Positions 9,311 through 20,370 of a DNA stretch of 64,000 nucleotides are shown one piece after another. Source of the stretch: an uncultured delta proteobacterium (lineage in GTDB: Bacteria > Desulfobacterota > Syntrophia > Syntrophales > UBA2185); contig CAVSPA010000004.1 of the NCBI GenBank assembly GCA_963729715.1, forward strand, positions 288,001 to 352,000. Reading direction: 5' to 3'. The translations under genes and the position numbers were made by a program. Under the pieces are notes generated by a model that ran no database searches, had not been told where the DNA came from, and saw only the letters and a list, made by a program, of their open reading frames with translations. Position 1 is the first letter of the stretch. Each line of letters opens with the position of its first letter.

Positions 9311-11200
9311 ATGGCAAAATGGAACAAAGAAAAGAGAGTCCTCGACCACGAACATACAAGCTTTTGGAGACATGAACTGAGGGAAGTCGAGGAGCCAAAT
9401 TTACAGAAAGGTGTTTTCCCTTATGACGAGGTGAGCAGGATTGACTTCGATCATAAGATTATCCCGATAACACCGGCGGAAGAAATTATTATTACGGATA
9501 CAACATTCAGGGACGGGCAGCAGGCAAGACCGCCGTACACGGTAAAGCAGATTGTCGACTTATACGCCTTGATGAGCAGGCTGGGGGGGCCGAACGGCGT
9601 CATCAGACAGGCCGAATTTTTTCTCTACAGCAAGAAAGACCGGGATGCCGTGGACAAATGTCTCGAGATGGGACTGAAGTACCCGGAGATTACCGGCTGG
9701 ATAAGGGCGCAGAAGGAAGATGTCAAGCTCGTGAAAGAGTCCGGGCTGAAGGAAACAGGAATACTGACATCGGTCTCCGATTACCATATTTTCCTGAAGC
9801 TTAATACGACGAGGAAGAAGGCTCTCGATTCTTACCTTGAAATCGTAAGAGCTATTCTCGATGAGGGCATCGTGCCGAGATGTCACTTTGAAGATCTCAC
9901 AAGAGGGGAGATTTATGGATTTTGCGTTCCCTTTGCCGTTGAGCTGATGAAGCTCCGTGAAGAAAGCGGCATCGACATCAAGATCAGGCTTTGTGACACC
10001 ATGGGCTATGGGGTGACCTATCCCGGCGCGTCACTGCCCCGCAGTGTTGATAAATTGATCAGAGCCTTTATTGATGATGCAGGCGTGCCCGGTCATTTGC
10101 TGGAATGGCACGGCCATAACGATTTCCATAAGGCCCTGATAAATGCCACGACGGCCTGGCTCTACGGCTGTGGCGGCGCAAACGGTACAATGCTCGGACT
10201 GGGAGAAAGGACCGGCAATGCCCCGATAGAAGGTCTCATTATCGAGTATATAGGACTCAAGGGTACGAACAACGGCATCGACACTACCGCTATCACGGAT
10301 ATAGCCGACTATTTTGAACATGAAATAGGGGTGAAAATTCCCGCCAATTATCCGCTCGTGGGTGCGGAATTCAACATTACCAAGGCCGGCATCCATGCCG
10401 ACGGGTTGATCAAGAACGAAGAGATATATAATATCTTCGACACGACGAAGATATTGAACAGGCCCATCGTAACAATGATTACCGATAAGTCCGGGAAGGC
10501 CGGCATCGCCCACTGGGTCAATACACGTCTCAGCGCGAAGGGGGAGGCTGTAATCGATAAGAAACACCCCGGCGTTTCCAAGATCCATAAATGGGTTACG
10601 GAACAGTACGATGCGGGGAGGGCGACCGGCATATCCCACGAAGAACTCGAGAAATTGGTCCGCAAATACCTTCCTGAACTGTTCATGTCTGATCTCGAGA
10701 AGATCAAGTACATGGCTACGCATGCGGCCATGGACGTCGTGAAACGGGTGACAGAGCACCCCGTCATGAAGTCCATGAAACCGGAGCTCCAGGAACCGAT
10801 CATGCAACAGACGATCGAAGAAAACCCGTCCATACAGTTTTCCTACGTCGTAGATATGAACGGGAAGAAGACAACGAGAAACATCACCAATATCGGAGAC
10901 AGGGCAAAATATGAAAATTACGGAATCGGCACCGATCAGTCAGACCGCGAGTGGTTCATCAAGCCCCTGCAGAGCGGCAAGATGTATGTTACCAATTTCT
11001 ATATATCGAAAATGACGGGGGCCCTGTGCATAACCGTGTCGGCTCCGATCATCGATGACGACGAGGAGATGGTGGGCATCTTCGGAGTGGACATAAAGTT
11101 TGAAGACTGGGTAAAAAGCGTTGAGCAAATGGCAGAAGCGACCCAAATCGCGCTCCGGGAAGAGTATGATGCGAAAAGCAAGTCGGACCGCTGGGTCTAA
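9311..11200 (+). CDS. Re-citrate synthase-like DRE-TIM enzyme with C-terminal Cache domain
   Basis: DTTFRDGQQ, HGHND, GERTGN (HMGL-like/DRE-TIM); C-terminal DREWF...YISKMTG..CITVSAPI...GIFGVDI is Cache-like. Confidence 0.75.
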   Translation: MAKWNKEKRVLDHEHTSFWRHELREVEEPNLQKGVFPYDEVSRIDFDHKIIPITPAEEIIITDTTFRDGQQARPPYTVKQIVDLYALMSRLGGPNGVIRQAEFFLYSKKDRDAVDKCLEMGLKYPEITGWIRAQKEDVKLVKESGLKETGILTSVSDYHIFLKLNTTRKKALDSYLEIVRAILDEGIVPRCHFEDLTRGEIYGFCVPFAVELMKLREESGIDIKIRLCDTMGYGVTYPGASLPRSVDKLIRAFIDDAGVPGHLLEWHGHNDFHKALINATTAWLYGCGGANGTMLGLGERTGNAPIEGLIIEYIGLKGTNNGIDTTAITDIADYFEHEIGVKIPANYPLVGAEFNITKAGIHADGLIKNEEIYNIFDTTKILNRPIVTMITDKSGKAGIAHWVNTRLSAKGEAVIDKKHPGVSKIHKWVTEQYDAGRATGISHEELEKLVRKYLPELFMSDLEKIKYMATHAAMDVVKRVTEHPVMKSMKPELQEPIMQQTIEENPSIQFSYVVDMNGKKTTRNITNIGDRAKYENYGIGTDQSDREWFIKPLQSGKMYVTNFYISKMTGALCITVSAPIIDDDEEMVGIFGVDIKFEDWVKSVEQMAEATQIALREEYDAKSKSDRWV

Positions 11201-13197
11201 TAACTGCTGTCTTCGTCTATCATCCACTGATCATACGGGCATGCCTCCCTATGCCGCGAAGACGGGGATACTTCCCTGATAAATCTCGATGGGATCTGGT
11301 TTACGCTGCCGATCCCCCTTGCGTAGCTCACCTGCGGATAGCAAAGATAAAGCTGATCTTTTGCCCTGGTTGTCGCTACGTAAAAAAGTCTTCTTTCCTC
11401 TTCCTCGCCCTCCTCGTCCTTCAGGCTGCGGGCCAGGGGCAGCATCCCGTCTGCGCACCAGATCATCAGGACGACTGACCATTCGAGCCCCTTCGCCTGA
11501 TGAATCGAGCTGAGTATGACCTTGTCTCCATCTGTGTCACCCGGTTTGGCTTCATTCGTTTCCGTCATGTTTGTCATCAGCGACAGTTCGCTTAGAAAAT
11601 CCTCCATGGAATGATACCTGGCGGAGAAATTCGCGAATTGTTCGAGATCATCTACCCGTAAAGCAGCGTCAGTATATTTCTCCTGTAAATAATCTTGATA
11701 TCCGCTCTCTAGGAGAATCTCGATAATCGCGGCCGGACTCGCACCGGGAAGAGAATCGATGATTCTCGAAAGCGTTTGACGGCACAGAGCAAGGGACTCT
11801 TTTTGCGCTTTTGTGACCACCTTGGCAAAATCATCGCCCATGGCCGCTTCGAGGGGGTTTTTCCTTTGCACAAGAAACTTCCATAATTTATCCGACGTTG
11901 CTTTTCCTATCTTGCTGTAAAGTCCGAGCACCCTCTTCCAGGCCAGTTCGTCGAAAGGATTCACGATGACTCTCATGTAGGCGGTTACATCTTTGATATG
12001 GGCCTGTTCGAAGAAGCGAATGCCGGAACGGATTTCAAAAGGGATTCCTCTGCGCACCATCTCCATTTGCAGCTCCATAGAGTGATAGTGCGCGCGGTAA
12101 AGGACCGCTATTTCATTGATAGGTACACCTTCACCGAGCAGTTCAAGTATTCTCTGGGCTACAAAATTGGCCTGCTGAATAACGTCGCGGAGCGGTATGA
12201 GGACGGGTCTTATTCCCGTCATACGCACGGAGCGCAGATTCTTCTGATACTGTCTGTAATTATTTTCTATACTCACGTTCGCAAGATGCAGGATCTCCGG
12301 CGTGCTGCGGTAGTTTGTCTCAAGCTTGAAGACCTTGCAGCCGGGATGCCTTTCGGGAAACATGATTATGTTGGCGAAATTAGCTCCTCGAAAGGCGTAA
12401 ATGCTCTGAGAATCGTCTCCGACAGCGAGAACGTTCATATGGGTCGAGGCCAGAAGATCGACAATTTGAGCCTGTATTACATTCGTGTCCTGATATTCAT
12501 CGACAAGCACATGTGAAAACTTCTCTGCATACCGCTGCAATACCGGGGGATGATCCATGAGAAGCTTTCTTGTGTTGATGAGAAGATCATCGAAGTCCAT
12601 GACGTTCAGGATTTTCTTGCGCTGTTCATACTGCGCTGCCGCTGACATTATTTCGTCGAGGCGATTGCAGAAATACGGGTACCTTGTCCGTACGACATCT
12701 TCAAAGGTTGTTTCCGTATTAAAAGAGAAACTGATTATATCACGGAGCACATCCCCTTTCGGAAATTTCTCGCTTTTGGTATCGATGCCGATCTCGGAGA
12801 TGCATGTATTGATGAGTTGCGTTGAATCCTCGCTGTCGAGAATGGAAAAGTTCCGTTCGTAACCCAAGAGAAGGGAATTTGCCCGTAGAATGCGGTGGGC
12901 AATATGATGGAAGGTGCCGCCCCACATGCCGCCTATATCGAATTCGGTAAGGGACGTAACCCGCGAAAGCATCGTGCGCGCGGCCTTGTTGGTGAAGGTT
13001 GCTAGCAGAATCCTGTCAGGACTCATGCCGGATTCTATCAAGCGCGCCACACGGTAAGTCAGTGTCCGTGTCTTGCCGCTCCCGGCGCCAGCAATAACAA
13101 GAACCGGGCCATCACCCTCCATCACTACACGCAGTTGTTCCGGATTAAGTTCTCTTTCGTAATGGATCATGGGGATAGAATCCCGTTTCCCTCGCAT
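11197..13197 (-). CDS. UvrD/PcrA-family ATP-dependent DNA helicase
   Basis: AGAGSGKT, VDEYQD, GDDSQSIYAFRGA, NYRS, HQAKGLEW, EERRLFYVA. Confidence 0.93.
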   Translation of the reverse strand: MRGKRDSIPMIHYERELNPEQLRVVMEGDGPVLVIAGAGSGKTRTLTYRVARLIESGMSPDRILLATFTNKAARTMLSRVTSLTEFDIGGMWGGTFHHIAHRILRANSLLLGYERNFSILDSEDSTQLINTCISEIGIDTKSEKFPKGDVLRDIISFSFNTETTFEDVVRTRYPYFCNRLDEIMSAAAQYEQRKKILNVMDFDDLLINTRKLLMDHPPVLQRYAEKFSHVLVDEYQDTNVIQAQIVDLLASTHMNVLAVGDDSQSIYAFRGANFANIIMFPERHPGCKVFKLETNYRSTPEILHLANVSIENNYRQYQKNLRSVRMTGIRPVLIPLRDVIQQANFVAQRILELLGEGVPINEIAVLYRAHYHSMELQMEMVRRGIPFEIRSGIRFFEQAHIKDVTAYMRVIVNPFDELAWKRVLGLYSKIGKATSDKLWKFLVQRKNPLEAAMGDDFAKVVTKAQKESLALCRQTLSRIIDSLPGASPAAIIEILLESGYQDYLQEKYTDAALRVDDLEQFANFSARYHSMEDFLSELSLMTNMTETNEAKPGDTDGDKVILSSIHQAKGLEWSVVLMIWCADGMLPLARSLKDEEGEEEERRLFYVATTRAKDQLYLCYPQVSYARGIGSVNQIPSRFIREVSPSSRHREACPYDQWMIDEDSSY

Positions 13198-14245
13198 ATT
13201 CGAATTGTCTCTGCCAGGGAATATTCGGATGAGCCCTATCGAACGCTTCTGCGCCTATTAGATTCAGAGATTCAGCATCGATCCTCACCGGATGATATCC
13301 GCCCATGAAACCAAGATCGGGGGACATCATGGGATGCTCTCCGGGCAGACAATCGCACTCTGTGGCTATGTTAATCAAGGCGTTTATCAATAAGGTCCTG
13401 CCGGCAATGCGCTTCCATACGGCTGCCGCTGTTTCGATCAATTTCTCCTGGAAAATCTTATCTTCTATATTCCACAATATCTTCAGCGCCATTTCCGGAC
13501 AGAGAGCAATGCATTGCGCACAGCCGATACATGTGTCGTGATCATAGATGGGATATCCTTCATCGTCAAGCCGCGCTGCCCCCGACGGACACACTTCAAT
13601 GCACGTGCCGCAGCGTGTGCACACCTCCCTTTTCATGTACGGGCGCACTTCCGAATGCATACGCTGCTTCTGCGCCCGGGAAGCGAAACCCATGGATATG
13701 TTCTTGATGGCTCCGCCGAAAACTGCGGCCATATGCCCTTTGAAATGAGAAAAGATTACGAAGCCGTCTGTTTTCTCCACAAGGGAGGCGACTTGGACTG
13801 TCTTAAAATGCTTGAAGCCGGCGGGTATATCTGCAATGTCCCTGCCTTCGGGACCGTCCGCTATCATCACCGGGCAGCCGAGGAACTTTTCCGTATAGCC
13901 GTGTTCGTGGGCCGTCTTTAAGGAATCGCCTGCGATGCGGCGGCCTCCCGAGTAAAGCGCCGTTGTATCGAAGACAAAGGGCTTCGTACCTTGTATCTGG
14001 AGCCACTGTGTAATCTCCCTTGCATAATCGGGTGGCAGGAAGCTGTGATTGCCTTTCTCTCCCCAGTGAAGTTTGATCCCCACTTTATCCCCTTTTTTGA
14101 ACGGGCTTTTCAACTGCTCAAGCAGGGAGCAGAGTTCCCTTGCATAGAGATCAGCCGAGCCCTTAACCTTACGAAACAGAATATCAGCCATGATGCTTCT
14201 CCTCATATCAATTAAAATGGATGGACTGTATAATAGACTTAACAC
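13145..14245 (-). CDS. DUF362-domain Fe-S protein with 2x[4Fe-4S] ferredoxin insert
   Basis: KLHWGE, SHFKGH..GGAIKN, CTRCGTC..CP and CIGCAQC..CP, ECDC; true start may be MADILF. Confidence 0.85.
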   Translation of the reverse strand: MLSLLYSPSILIDMRRSIMADILFRKVKGSADLYARELCSLLEQLKSPFKKGDKVGIKLHWGEKGNHSFLPPDYAREITQWLQIQGTKPFVFDTTALYSGGRRIAGDSLKTAHEHGYTEKFLGCPVMIADGPEGRDIADIPAGFKHFKTVQVASLVEKTDGFVIFSHFKGHMAAVFGGAIKNISMGFASRAQKQRMHSEVRPYMKREVCTRCGTCIEVCPSGAARLDDEGYPIYDHDTCIGCAQCIALCPEMALKILWNIEDKIFQEKLIETAAAVWKRIAGRTLLINALINIATECDCLPGEHPMMSPDLGFMGGYHPVRIDAESLNLIGAEAFDRAHPNIPWQRQFEYARETGFYPHDPLRKRT

Positions 14246-14303
14246 ACCCTGTCAAGTGTGATGCAGCACAGAGATTTCTCGTCCGGGAGCAATCGTCATG
14301 ATG

Positions 14304-15341
14304 TCAGGAAGGCTTTCCCTTCATGTATATCGCTCTTGCAGGATACGGAATCTCAATCCCTTCCTCCCTATAGCGCTTATGCAGCTTTTTTATCAACTTA
14401 TGCTTGAGCGTATTGACCGACAAATGCCCTTCCACGAAGAGCAACACTGAATTGGACACCCGACTTACCAAACTTGTAAAAACTGACGGCCGGCTCAAAA
14501 TCTGCGACGCCTCCTTGCACATCCTTCATGACTCCACGGGCCACTTCAACCGTCACTCCTTCAACCTTGTCAAGGTCGCTCTCATAGCTTACACCGACAT
14601 CTACGGATGTCGATATTTCCTCGCTCAGTATGTTGTAATTCGTAACAATTGCCGATGCCAGTTTGGCATTGGGAACAATTACTGTGTTATTCTCCAGCGT
14701 CATGATCGTCGTATACCGCCATGTTATGTCCTGACATAACCTTCTTCACCGCTTCCGAGTTTCAGATAGTGCCCCGGCTTCACTTTACCGGAGGCTATTA
14801 CGTGAATCCCGGCAAAGAGATTGGAAAGCCTATCCTGAAGGGCAAGAGCTACGGCGAGTCCGCCTACGCCCAATGCCGTCAATATCGGTGTGATTGATAT
14901 TCCGAGAGACTCAAGAATGATGAGCATGCCGATAACGAGAACCAGAACTCTCGTCAAATTCGTAAACATCGACGTCGATACGAAAGTCCCGCCCGCCTTC
15001 CTGCTATACTGGTTGACAAAGCCGACACAAATGCGTGAAATGATCAAGGTAACGGAAAAAATGACGATGACGAGGAGAAGCATATTGAGGAAAACGAGGG
15101 TATCGTGGCCTATGTCGGTGCTTTCCAATGCCCCGTAGATACCTGCGGCAAGGAAGAGGAGCGTGGTAGTCCCATGGAGTGCCCGAACAAATATGTCATC
15201 ACTCTCCCATTTTGTTCTGGCAGCCACACTCTTGATTTCCCGGAGAATAATTCTTTCGAATATGAACCCGAGAAGAAATCCTCCCGCGATGAACATAAAA
15301 GGGAGAATCATCTTCTTGGCCGCCAGGATGTAAGTGATCAT
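14304..15341 (-). pseudogene. MscS mechanosensitive channel, split by two frameshifts
   Basis: LGVGGLAVALALQD, VIVPNAKL, VGVSYESD, GIEIPYP motifs lie in three successive ORFs; shifts at ~14731 and ~14410. Confidence 0.85.
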
Positions 15342-15511
15342 CTGTTTCTACCCCGCGAGAAGAAAATGTCCTGAATATGATTTCTATGTGCTACACTTTA
15401 ACAGTACAAATTGTTTGGAAGAAAATCAATGAACAAATTCGGAAATCTTATCAATAAATCATAAAGAACTAATGATTTTGGGCCGTGGTAAACGGTAGTG
15501 AGAAAATAATA

Positions 15512-15540
15512 TTGACAAGACATCCATGCACTGGTATAAA
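15512..15540 (+). promoter_or_regulatory. sigma70 promoter of the trp operon
   Basis: TTGACA-17 nt-TATAAA with extended -10 TG. Confidence 0.75.
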
Positions 15541-15570
15541 AGCACAAAATATCGGAAGGACAGTCTATAA

Positions 15571-15642
15571 TTGAACTACTTATTTTTAACAATCATCAAC
15601 TGGTGGTGGCAGAATCCAATGCAGGGGTTTGTCCACCGCTGA
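15571..15642 (+). CDS. trpL: trp operon leader peptide (M)NYLFLTIINWWWQNPMQGFVHR
   Basis: TTG start after GGAAGGA; TGGTGGTGG at 15601-15609 in frame; upstream of a terminator and trpE. Confidence 0.85.
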   Translation: MNYLFLTIINWWWQNPMQGFVHR

Positions 15643-15664
15643 TTTATTTCGTTGACTAAAGCAT

Positions 15665-15750
15665 AGCCGTGGAGACCTCGTCGGACTCCGCGGCTTTTTT
15701 GTTATTGGAGCACAAGAAAGGCCGCAATTGTAAGCGGCCTTTCTTATTTT
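15665..15750 (+). terminator. trp attenuator terminator plus second hairpin
   Basis: AGCCGTGGAG...CTCCGCGGCT followed by a T-run (15665-15700); AAGAAAGGCCGC...GCGGCCTTTCTT (15714-15745). Confidence 0.85.
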
Positions 15751-15789
15751 AGCTGAAGCACAAAAGTAGAACGGAAGGAACTTTCGAGA

Positions 15790-17286
15790 ATGTACTACCC
15801 GGCCTTTGACCAGTTTGTGAAATTTGCCGAAGAGGGAAACCTCATCCCCGTGTACAGGGAGATACTCGCCGACATAGATACGCCGGTCTCCGCCCTCATG
15901 AAGCTCAGTACGAAAGCCCATGTCTTTCTTCTGGAGAGCGTAGAGGGGGGCGAGAAATGGGGGCGCTATACATTTCTCGGTTCAGACCCGCGCATTGTCT
16001 TCAAGGTCAGGGGTGACGATGTGCTGATATCTGAAAACAGCAAGAGCAGAGTCCAGAGACACGAAGGGAATCCTCTCAGATATCTGAAGGATTTATTGAA
16101 CTCCTATCGGCCTGTTCTCGTGGATGGGCTGCCGCGGTTTTACGGCGGCGCCGTGGGATTTCTCGGCTACGATATGGTTCGCTATTTTGAAAAAATCCCT
16201 GCCCGTGCTTTGAACGACGTGAAGATGGACGATGCAGTCTTCCTCATCACGGATACGCTGATTGTCTTTGACAATATCAGGCACACGATCAAAGTGGTCT
16301 CATGCGCGGCAACCGAAGGCACCGCGTCCCTCAAAGATGTTTACGACGAGACCATCGATAAGATAGACAGGCTGATAGCAATCATCAGAGCGCCTGTTGA
16401 AGCAACGGAGCGCTACAGAAAGGTGGAAAACGAGGTACCCCTCGGGTCTAATATGTCGGCGGAAGACTTTAAGGCAACGGTCGAGAAGGCCAAGGAATAC
16501 ATCGTCGCCGGCGACATCATACAGGTCGTTCTGTCCCAGCGTTTTCAGGCGAAGAACGGGATAGACCCGCTCGACCTCTACAGGGCGCTCCGTTATGTGA
16601 ACCCCTCCCCTTACCTCTTCTTTCTCAAGCTTGATGAGACGTTTTTGATAGGCTCCTCGCCTGAGGTCATGGTCAGGCTTGACGAAGGAGTCGCGGAACT
16701 CCGGCCCATTGCAGGAACTCGCAGAAGAGGAAGAAACGAGCAGGAAGACAGGCAGTTTGCCCATGAGCTCCTCGAGGATCCGAAAGAAAGGGCCGAACAC
16801 GTGATGCTTGTTGACCTAGGGAGAAATGACCTGGGAAGAATAGCACGGACAGGCAGTGTGCAGGTCAATCAGCTTATGGTCGTGGAGCGGTATTCACACG
16901 TCATGCATCTTGTCACGAACATCCAGGCGCAATTGGCCCCCGGAAAAGATTGTTTTGATCTCCTTGCGGCATCGTTTCCCGCCGGCACACTATCCGGTGC
17001 GCCTAAGGTCAGGGCCATGGAGATCATCGATGAACTGGAGCCGACCAGACGCGGCATTTACGGGGGAGCCGTCGGTTACTTCAGTTACACGGGCAATATG
17101 GACCTCTGCATAACCATCCGAACCATGCTGGTCAAAGACGGAAAGATTTTCATACAGGTGGGCGCCGGCATCGTAGCCGATTCCGACCCGGAGAAGGAAT
17201 ATCAGGAAACGGTAAATAAGGGCGAAGCGATGATGCAGGCCATACGCCTTGCCGCGTCCGGTTTCGAACTGAGAAAGAATATCTGA
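15790..17286 (+). CDS. trpE: Anthranilate synthase component I
   Basis: LLESV, NPSPY, PIAGTR, EHVMLVDLGRND, PAGTLSGAPK. Confidence 0.96.
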   Translation: MYYPAFDQFVKFAEEGNLIPVYREILADIDTPVSALMKLSTKAHVFLLESVEGGEKWGRYTFLGSDPRIVFKVRGDDVLISENSKSRVQRHEGNPLRYLKDLLNSYRPVLVDGLPRFYGGAVGFLGYDMVRYFEKIPARALNDVKMDDAVFLITDTLIVFDNIRHTIKVVSCAATEGTASLKDVYDETIDKIDRLIAIIRAPVEATERYRKVENEVPLGSNMSAEDFKATVEKAKEYIVAGDIIQVVLSQRFQAKNGIDPLDLYRALRYVNPSPYLFFLKLDETFLIGSSPEVMVRLDEGVAELRPIAGTRRRGRNEQEDRQFAHELLEDPKERAEHVMLVDLGRNDLGRIARTGSVQVNQLMVVERYSHVMHLVTNIQAQLAPGKDCFDLLAASFPAGTLSGAPKVRAMEIIDELEPTRRGIYGGAVGYFSYTGNMDLCITIRTMLVKDGKIFIQVGAGIVADSDPEKEYQETVNKGEAMMQAIRLAASGFELRKNI

Positions 17287-17297
17287 GGGAGCAACGC

Positions 17298-17885
17298 ATG
17301 ATTCTGATGATCGACAATTATGATTCCTTTACATACAACCTCGTTCAATATCTCGGCCAACTCGACCAGGCGGTTGCAGTCTATCGCAATGACGAGATAA
17401 CCCTAAATGACATAAGAAACATCGCCCCCGAAGCCATCTTTCTCTCCCCCGGCCCGTGTACGCCGAAAGAGGCGGGGATCACTGTCGATGTCATCAGGGA
17501 ATTTCATAAATCAATACCTATCATGGGGGTATGTCTCGGGCACCAGGCCATCGGCTATGCCTTCGGAGGCAATGTGGTCAGGGCAGACAGGCTCATGCAC
17601 GGGCAGACCTCCCCCATCATCAACGATGGAAAGACGATCTTCAAAGGCCTCCCCAATCCCTTCATCGCCGGTCGCTACCACTCCCTGCTGATTGAGCAAG
17701 CCTCGCTGCCCTCATGTCTCATGATCAGTGCGAGGACAGAGGAAGGAGAAATAATGGGCGTGAGGCATCAGGAGTATGCTGTGGAGGGGATACAGTTCCA
17801 TCCTGAATCCATCCTGACACCGCAGGGAAAACGGATATTGAGGAATTTTTTGGAGTTAATTATAAAAAAGGAGAGACTGCAATGA
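17298..17885 (+). CDS. trpG: Anthranilate synthase component II (glutamine amidotransferase)
   Basis: IDNYDSF, GVCLGHQ, QFHPES. Confidence 0.96.
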   Translation: MILMIDNYDSFTYNLVQYLGQLDQAVAVYRNDEITLNDIRNIAPEAIFLSPGPCTPKEAGITVDVIREFHKSIPIMGVCLGHQAIGYAFGGNVVRADRLMHGQTSPIINDGKTIFKGLPNPFIAGRYHSLLIEQASLPSCLMISARTEEGEIMGVRHQEYAVEGIQFHPESILTPQGKRILRNFLELIIKKERLQ

Positions 17886-18892
17886 TTAAGGAAGCAATTG
17901 CCAAGGTAGTAAACCGCGAAGACCTCAATGAGCCTAAAATGATGGAGGTCATGGATGAAGTCATGGACGGCAAAGCGACGCCCGCGCAGATAGCCGCTTT
18001 TATGACCGGCCTCAGGGTCAAGGGTGAAACCGTTGCCGAGGTTACAGGCGCTACCCGCATCATGCGCAGAAAAGCCACGAGGATAGACGCCCGGTCCTCG
18101 ATCATTGTGGATACCTGCGGGACCGGCGGCGACGGCATGCAGACTTTCAATATCTCCACTACCGCCGCCTTCGTCGTGTCTGCTGCAGGCTTGACGGTTG
18201 CCAAGCACGGGAATCGTGCTGTCTCGAGCGGGTGTGGGAGCGCCGACGTTCTGGAAGCATTGGGCGTCAAGATCGATGCCCAGCCGGAGATTGTCGAAGA
18301 GTGCATCCATCAGATCGGCATTGGTTTTCTCTTCGCGCCTAAACTACACAGTGCGATGAAATATGCCATCGGCCCACGCAGGGAGATCGGGATACGGACG
18401 ATATTCAACATGCTTGGACCTTTGACAAATCCCGCCGGCGCTACATCTCAGCTCATCGGCGTCTATGATGCAAGACTTACGGAGATGTTTGCCGGCGTTC
18501 TTAAGAACCTTGGCACAAAGGCGGCCTTCGTGGTTCATGGCTCGGACGGTCTGGATGAGGCAACCGTAACCGGGAAGACACGCGTCACGGAACTAAGGGG
18601 CGGTCTTATCACCACCTATGATATCGATCCGCAGTTCTTCTTCGGCGACATTTTTCCAGGCGAGGCGCTTCTCGGTGGTGACGCATCGGTGAATGCAGAG
18701 ATTACAAAGAGTGTATTGACCGGTGCCGCCGGGGCCTGCAGAAACATTGTTCTTCTCAACGCGGCTTTGGCAATTATGGCGGGCGAAAGGGCCAAAACCA
18801 TCAAGGATGGAATCGAGATAGCCAGGGAATGCATAGACGGCGGCGCCGCCGTAAAAAAACTACAGGCCTTGATCGAGCTCAGCAACAGTTGA
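17882..18892 (+). CDS. trpD: Anthranilate phosphoribosyltransferase
   Basis: [21 protein letters not shown]. Confidence 0.96.
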   Translation: MIKEAIAKVVNREDLNEPKMMEVMDEVMDGKATPAQIAAFMTGLRVKGETVAEVTGATRIMRRKATRIDARSSIIVDTCGTGGDGMQTFNISTTAAFVVSAAGLTVAKHGNRAVSSGCGSADVLEALGVKIDAQPEIVEECIHQIGIGFLFAPKLHSAMKYAIGPRREIGIRTIFNMLGPLTNPAGATSQLIGVYDARLTEMFAGVLKNLGTKAAFVVHGSDGLDEATVTGKTRVTELRGGLITTYDIDPQFFFGDIFPGEALLGGDASVNAEITKSVLTGAAGACRNIVLLNAALAIMAGERAKTIKDGIEIARECIDGGAAVKKLQALIELSNS

Positions 18893-18905
18893 ACGGATTG
18901 TCAAC

Positions 18906-19682
18906 ATGATTTTAGAAAGGATTATCGAAGTAAAGAAGGATGAAATCGCTGATCTGAAAAGGAGAAGGCCGCTTCAGGAGTTGAAACATGCTATTGCCGA
19001 CATCCCTTGCCCTCGCAATTTCTCTGAAGCCATAAGCGGACGGCAATGCGCTATCGTTGCGGAAATCAAGAGGCGCTCGCCCTCAAAGGGAATCTTGAGA
19101 AAGGATTTTGATCCTGTCCGGTTTGCCCTCATCTACGAAGAGAGCGGCGCTGCGGCTGCCTCCGTCCTCACCGATAAGGCATTCTTTGGCGGTGATGAAG
19201 CTAATCTCGCTGATATAAGAATATGCGTCGGTCTGCCTCTCCTGAGAAAAGATTTCATCATCGACCTCTATCAGATTTATGAGACCCGTTATCTCCAGGC
19301 GGATGCAATCCTGCTCATTGCAGGAATCCTCGAAAGGGAGCAGCTGAGAGAATACGCCGGTATTGCACAATCTCTCGGTCTTTCGGTACTCTGCGAGGTG
19401 CACTCTGAGGAAGAGTTGGACAAGGCGCTCGCCTCCCGGGCCAGGATCATAGGGATTAATAACAGGGATCTCACAACCTTTTCGGTGGATTTGAATACCA
19501 GCATAAGTCTCGCTGTCTCCGTTCCCGCGGACAGGATCATCGTAAGCGAAAGCGGGATCCGGTCCAGAAGCGACATTGAGACCTTAATGAATGCCGGCAT
19601 TCATGCATTTCTGATCGGCGAGACACTGATGACGTCTGACGATATGGGGAAGAAGTTGCAAGAGCTTCTGGGCAACATATAA
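18906..19682 (+). CDS. trpC: Indole-3-glycerol phosphate synthase
   Basis: EIKRRSPSKG, LRKDF, GINNRDL, SESGI. Confidence 0.96.
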   Translation: MILERIIEVKKDEIADLKRRRPLQELKHAIADIPCPRNFSEAISGRQCAIVAEIKRRSPSKGILRKDFDPVRFALIYEESGAAAASVLTDKAFFGGDEANLADIRICVGLPLLRKDFIIDLYQIYETRYLQADAILLIAGILEREQLREYAGIAQSLGLSVLCEVHSEEELDKALASRARIIGINNRDLTTFSVDLNTSISLAVSVPADRIIVSESGIRSRSDIETLMNAGIHAFLIGETLMTSDDMGKKLQELLGNI

Positions 19683-19701
19683 AGAACAGAAAGAACGAAT
19701 A

Positions 19702-20370
19702 ATGGAAATAAAGATCTGCGGGATTACAAATATGGAAGACGCAGTCATGGCCTTTGCATACGGTGCGGATGCACTGGGCTTTATCTTTTATGAGAAGAGC
19801 CCGCGATACGTGAGCCCGGAAACAGCGATGTGCGTCATACGGAATCTCCCGGACGATATTTCAAAAGTAGGCGTCTTTGTGAATCATGATAGCCACGCCG
19901 TGAGAGAAATATATGACTTCTGCGGGCTTGACATGATTCAGCTTCACGGTGATGAATCACCTGCCTACTGCCGCGAATTCCCGCAATCCATCCTCATCAA
20001 GGCAATCTCTCCCGGTAGCGAAGAAAACCTCGGCAGCGTAAAGCAATACCGCGTCAAAGCGATCATAATAGACACGCGTGAACTTGGACTCTACGGGGGA
20101 ACTGGGAAGAAATCCAATTGGAAACTTGCAGCCAAATTGAAGGAAATGCACCCGCTCGTCCTCTCGGGGGGATTGAACGCTGGCAATGTTCGGGAGGCAA
20201 TCAGAACAGTTTCACCGCATGCCGTAGATGTCAACAGCGGCGTTGAACTATCTGCCGGGAAAAAGGATCCCGAGAAAGTTCAGAGCATCATTGAGACTGT
20301 CCGCACTGCCGGGAACGAGAGCGCCATAAAAATATTTACGAGGAGAAATCATGCACAAGTCACTCCCTGA
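19702..20370 (+). CDS. trpF: Phosphoribosylanthranilate isomerase
   Basis: KICGIT, QLHGDE, GGTG, DVNSGVE. Confidence 0.95.
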   Translation: MEIKICGITNMEDAVMAFAYGADALGFIFYEKSPRYVSPETAMCVIRNLPDDISKVGVFVNHDSHAVREIYDFCGLDMIQLHGDESPAYCREFPQSILIKAISPGSEENLGSVKQYRVKAIIIDTRELGLYGGTGKKSNWKLAAKLKEMHPLVLSGGLNAGNVREAIRTVSPHAVDVNSGVELSAGKKDPEKVQSIIETVRTAGNESAIKIFTRRNHAQVTP

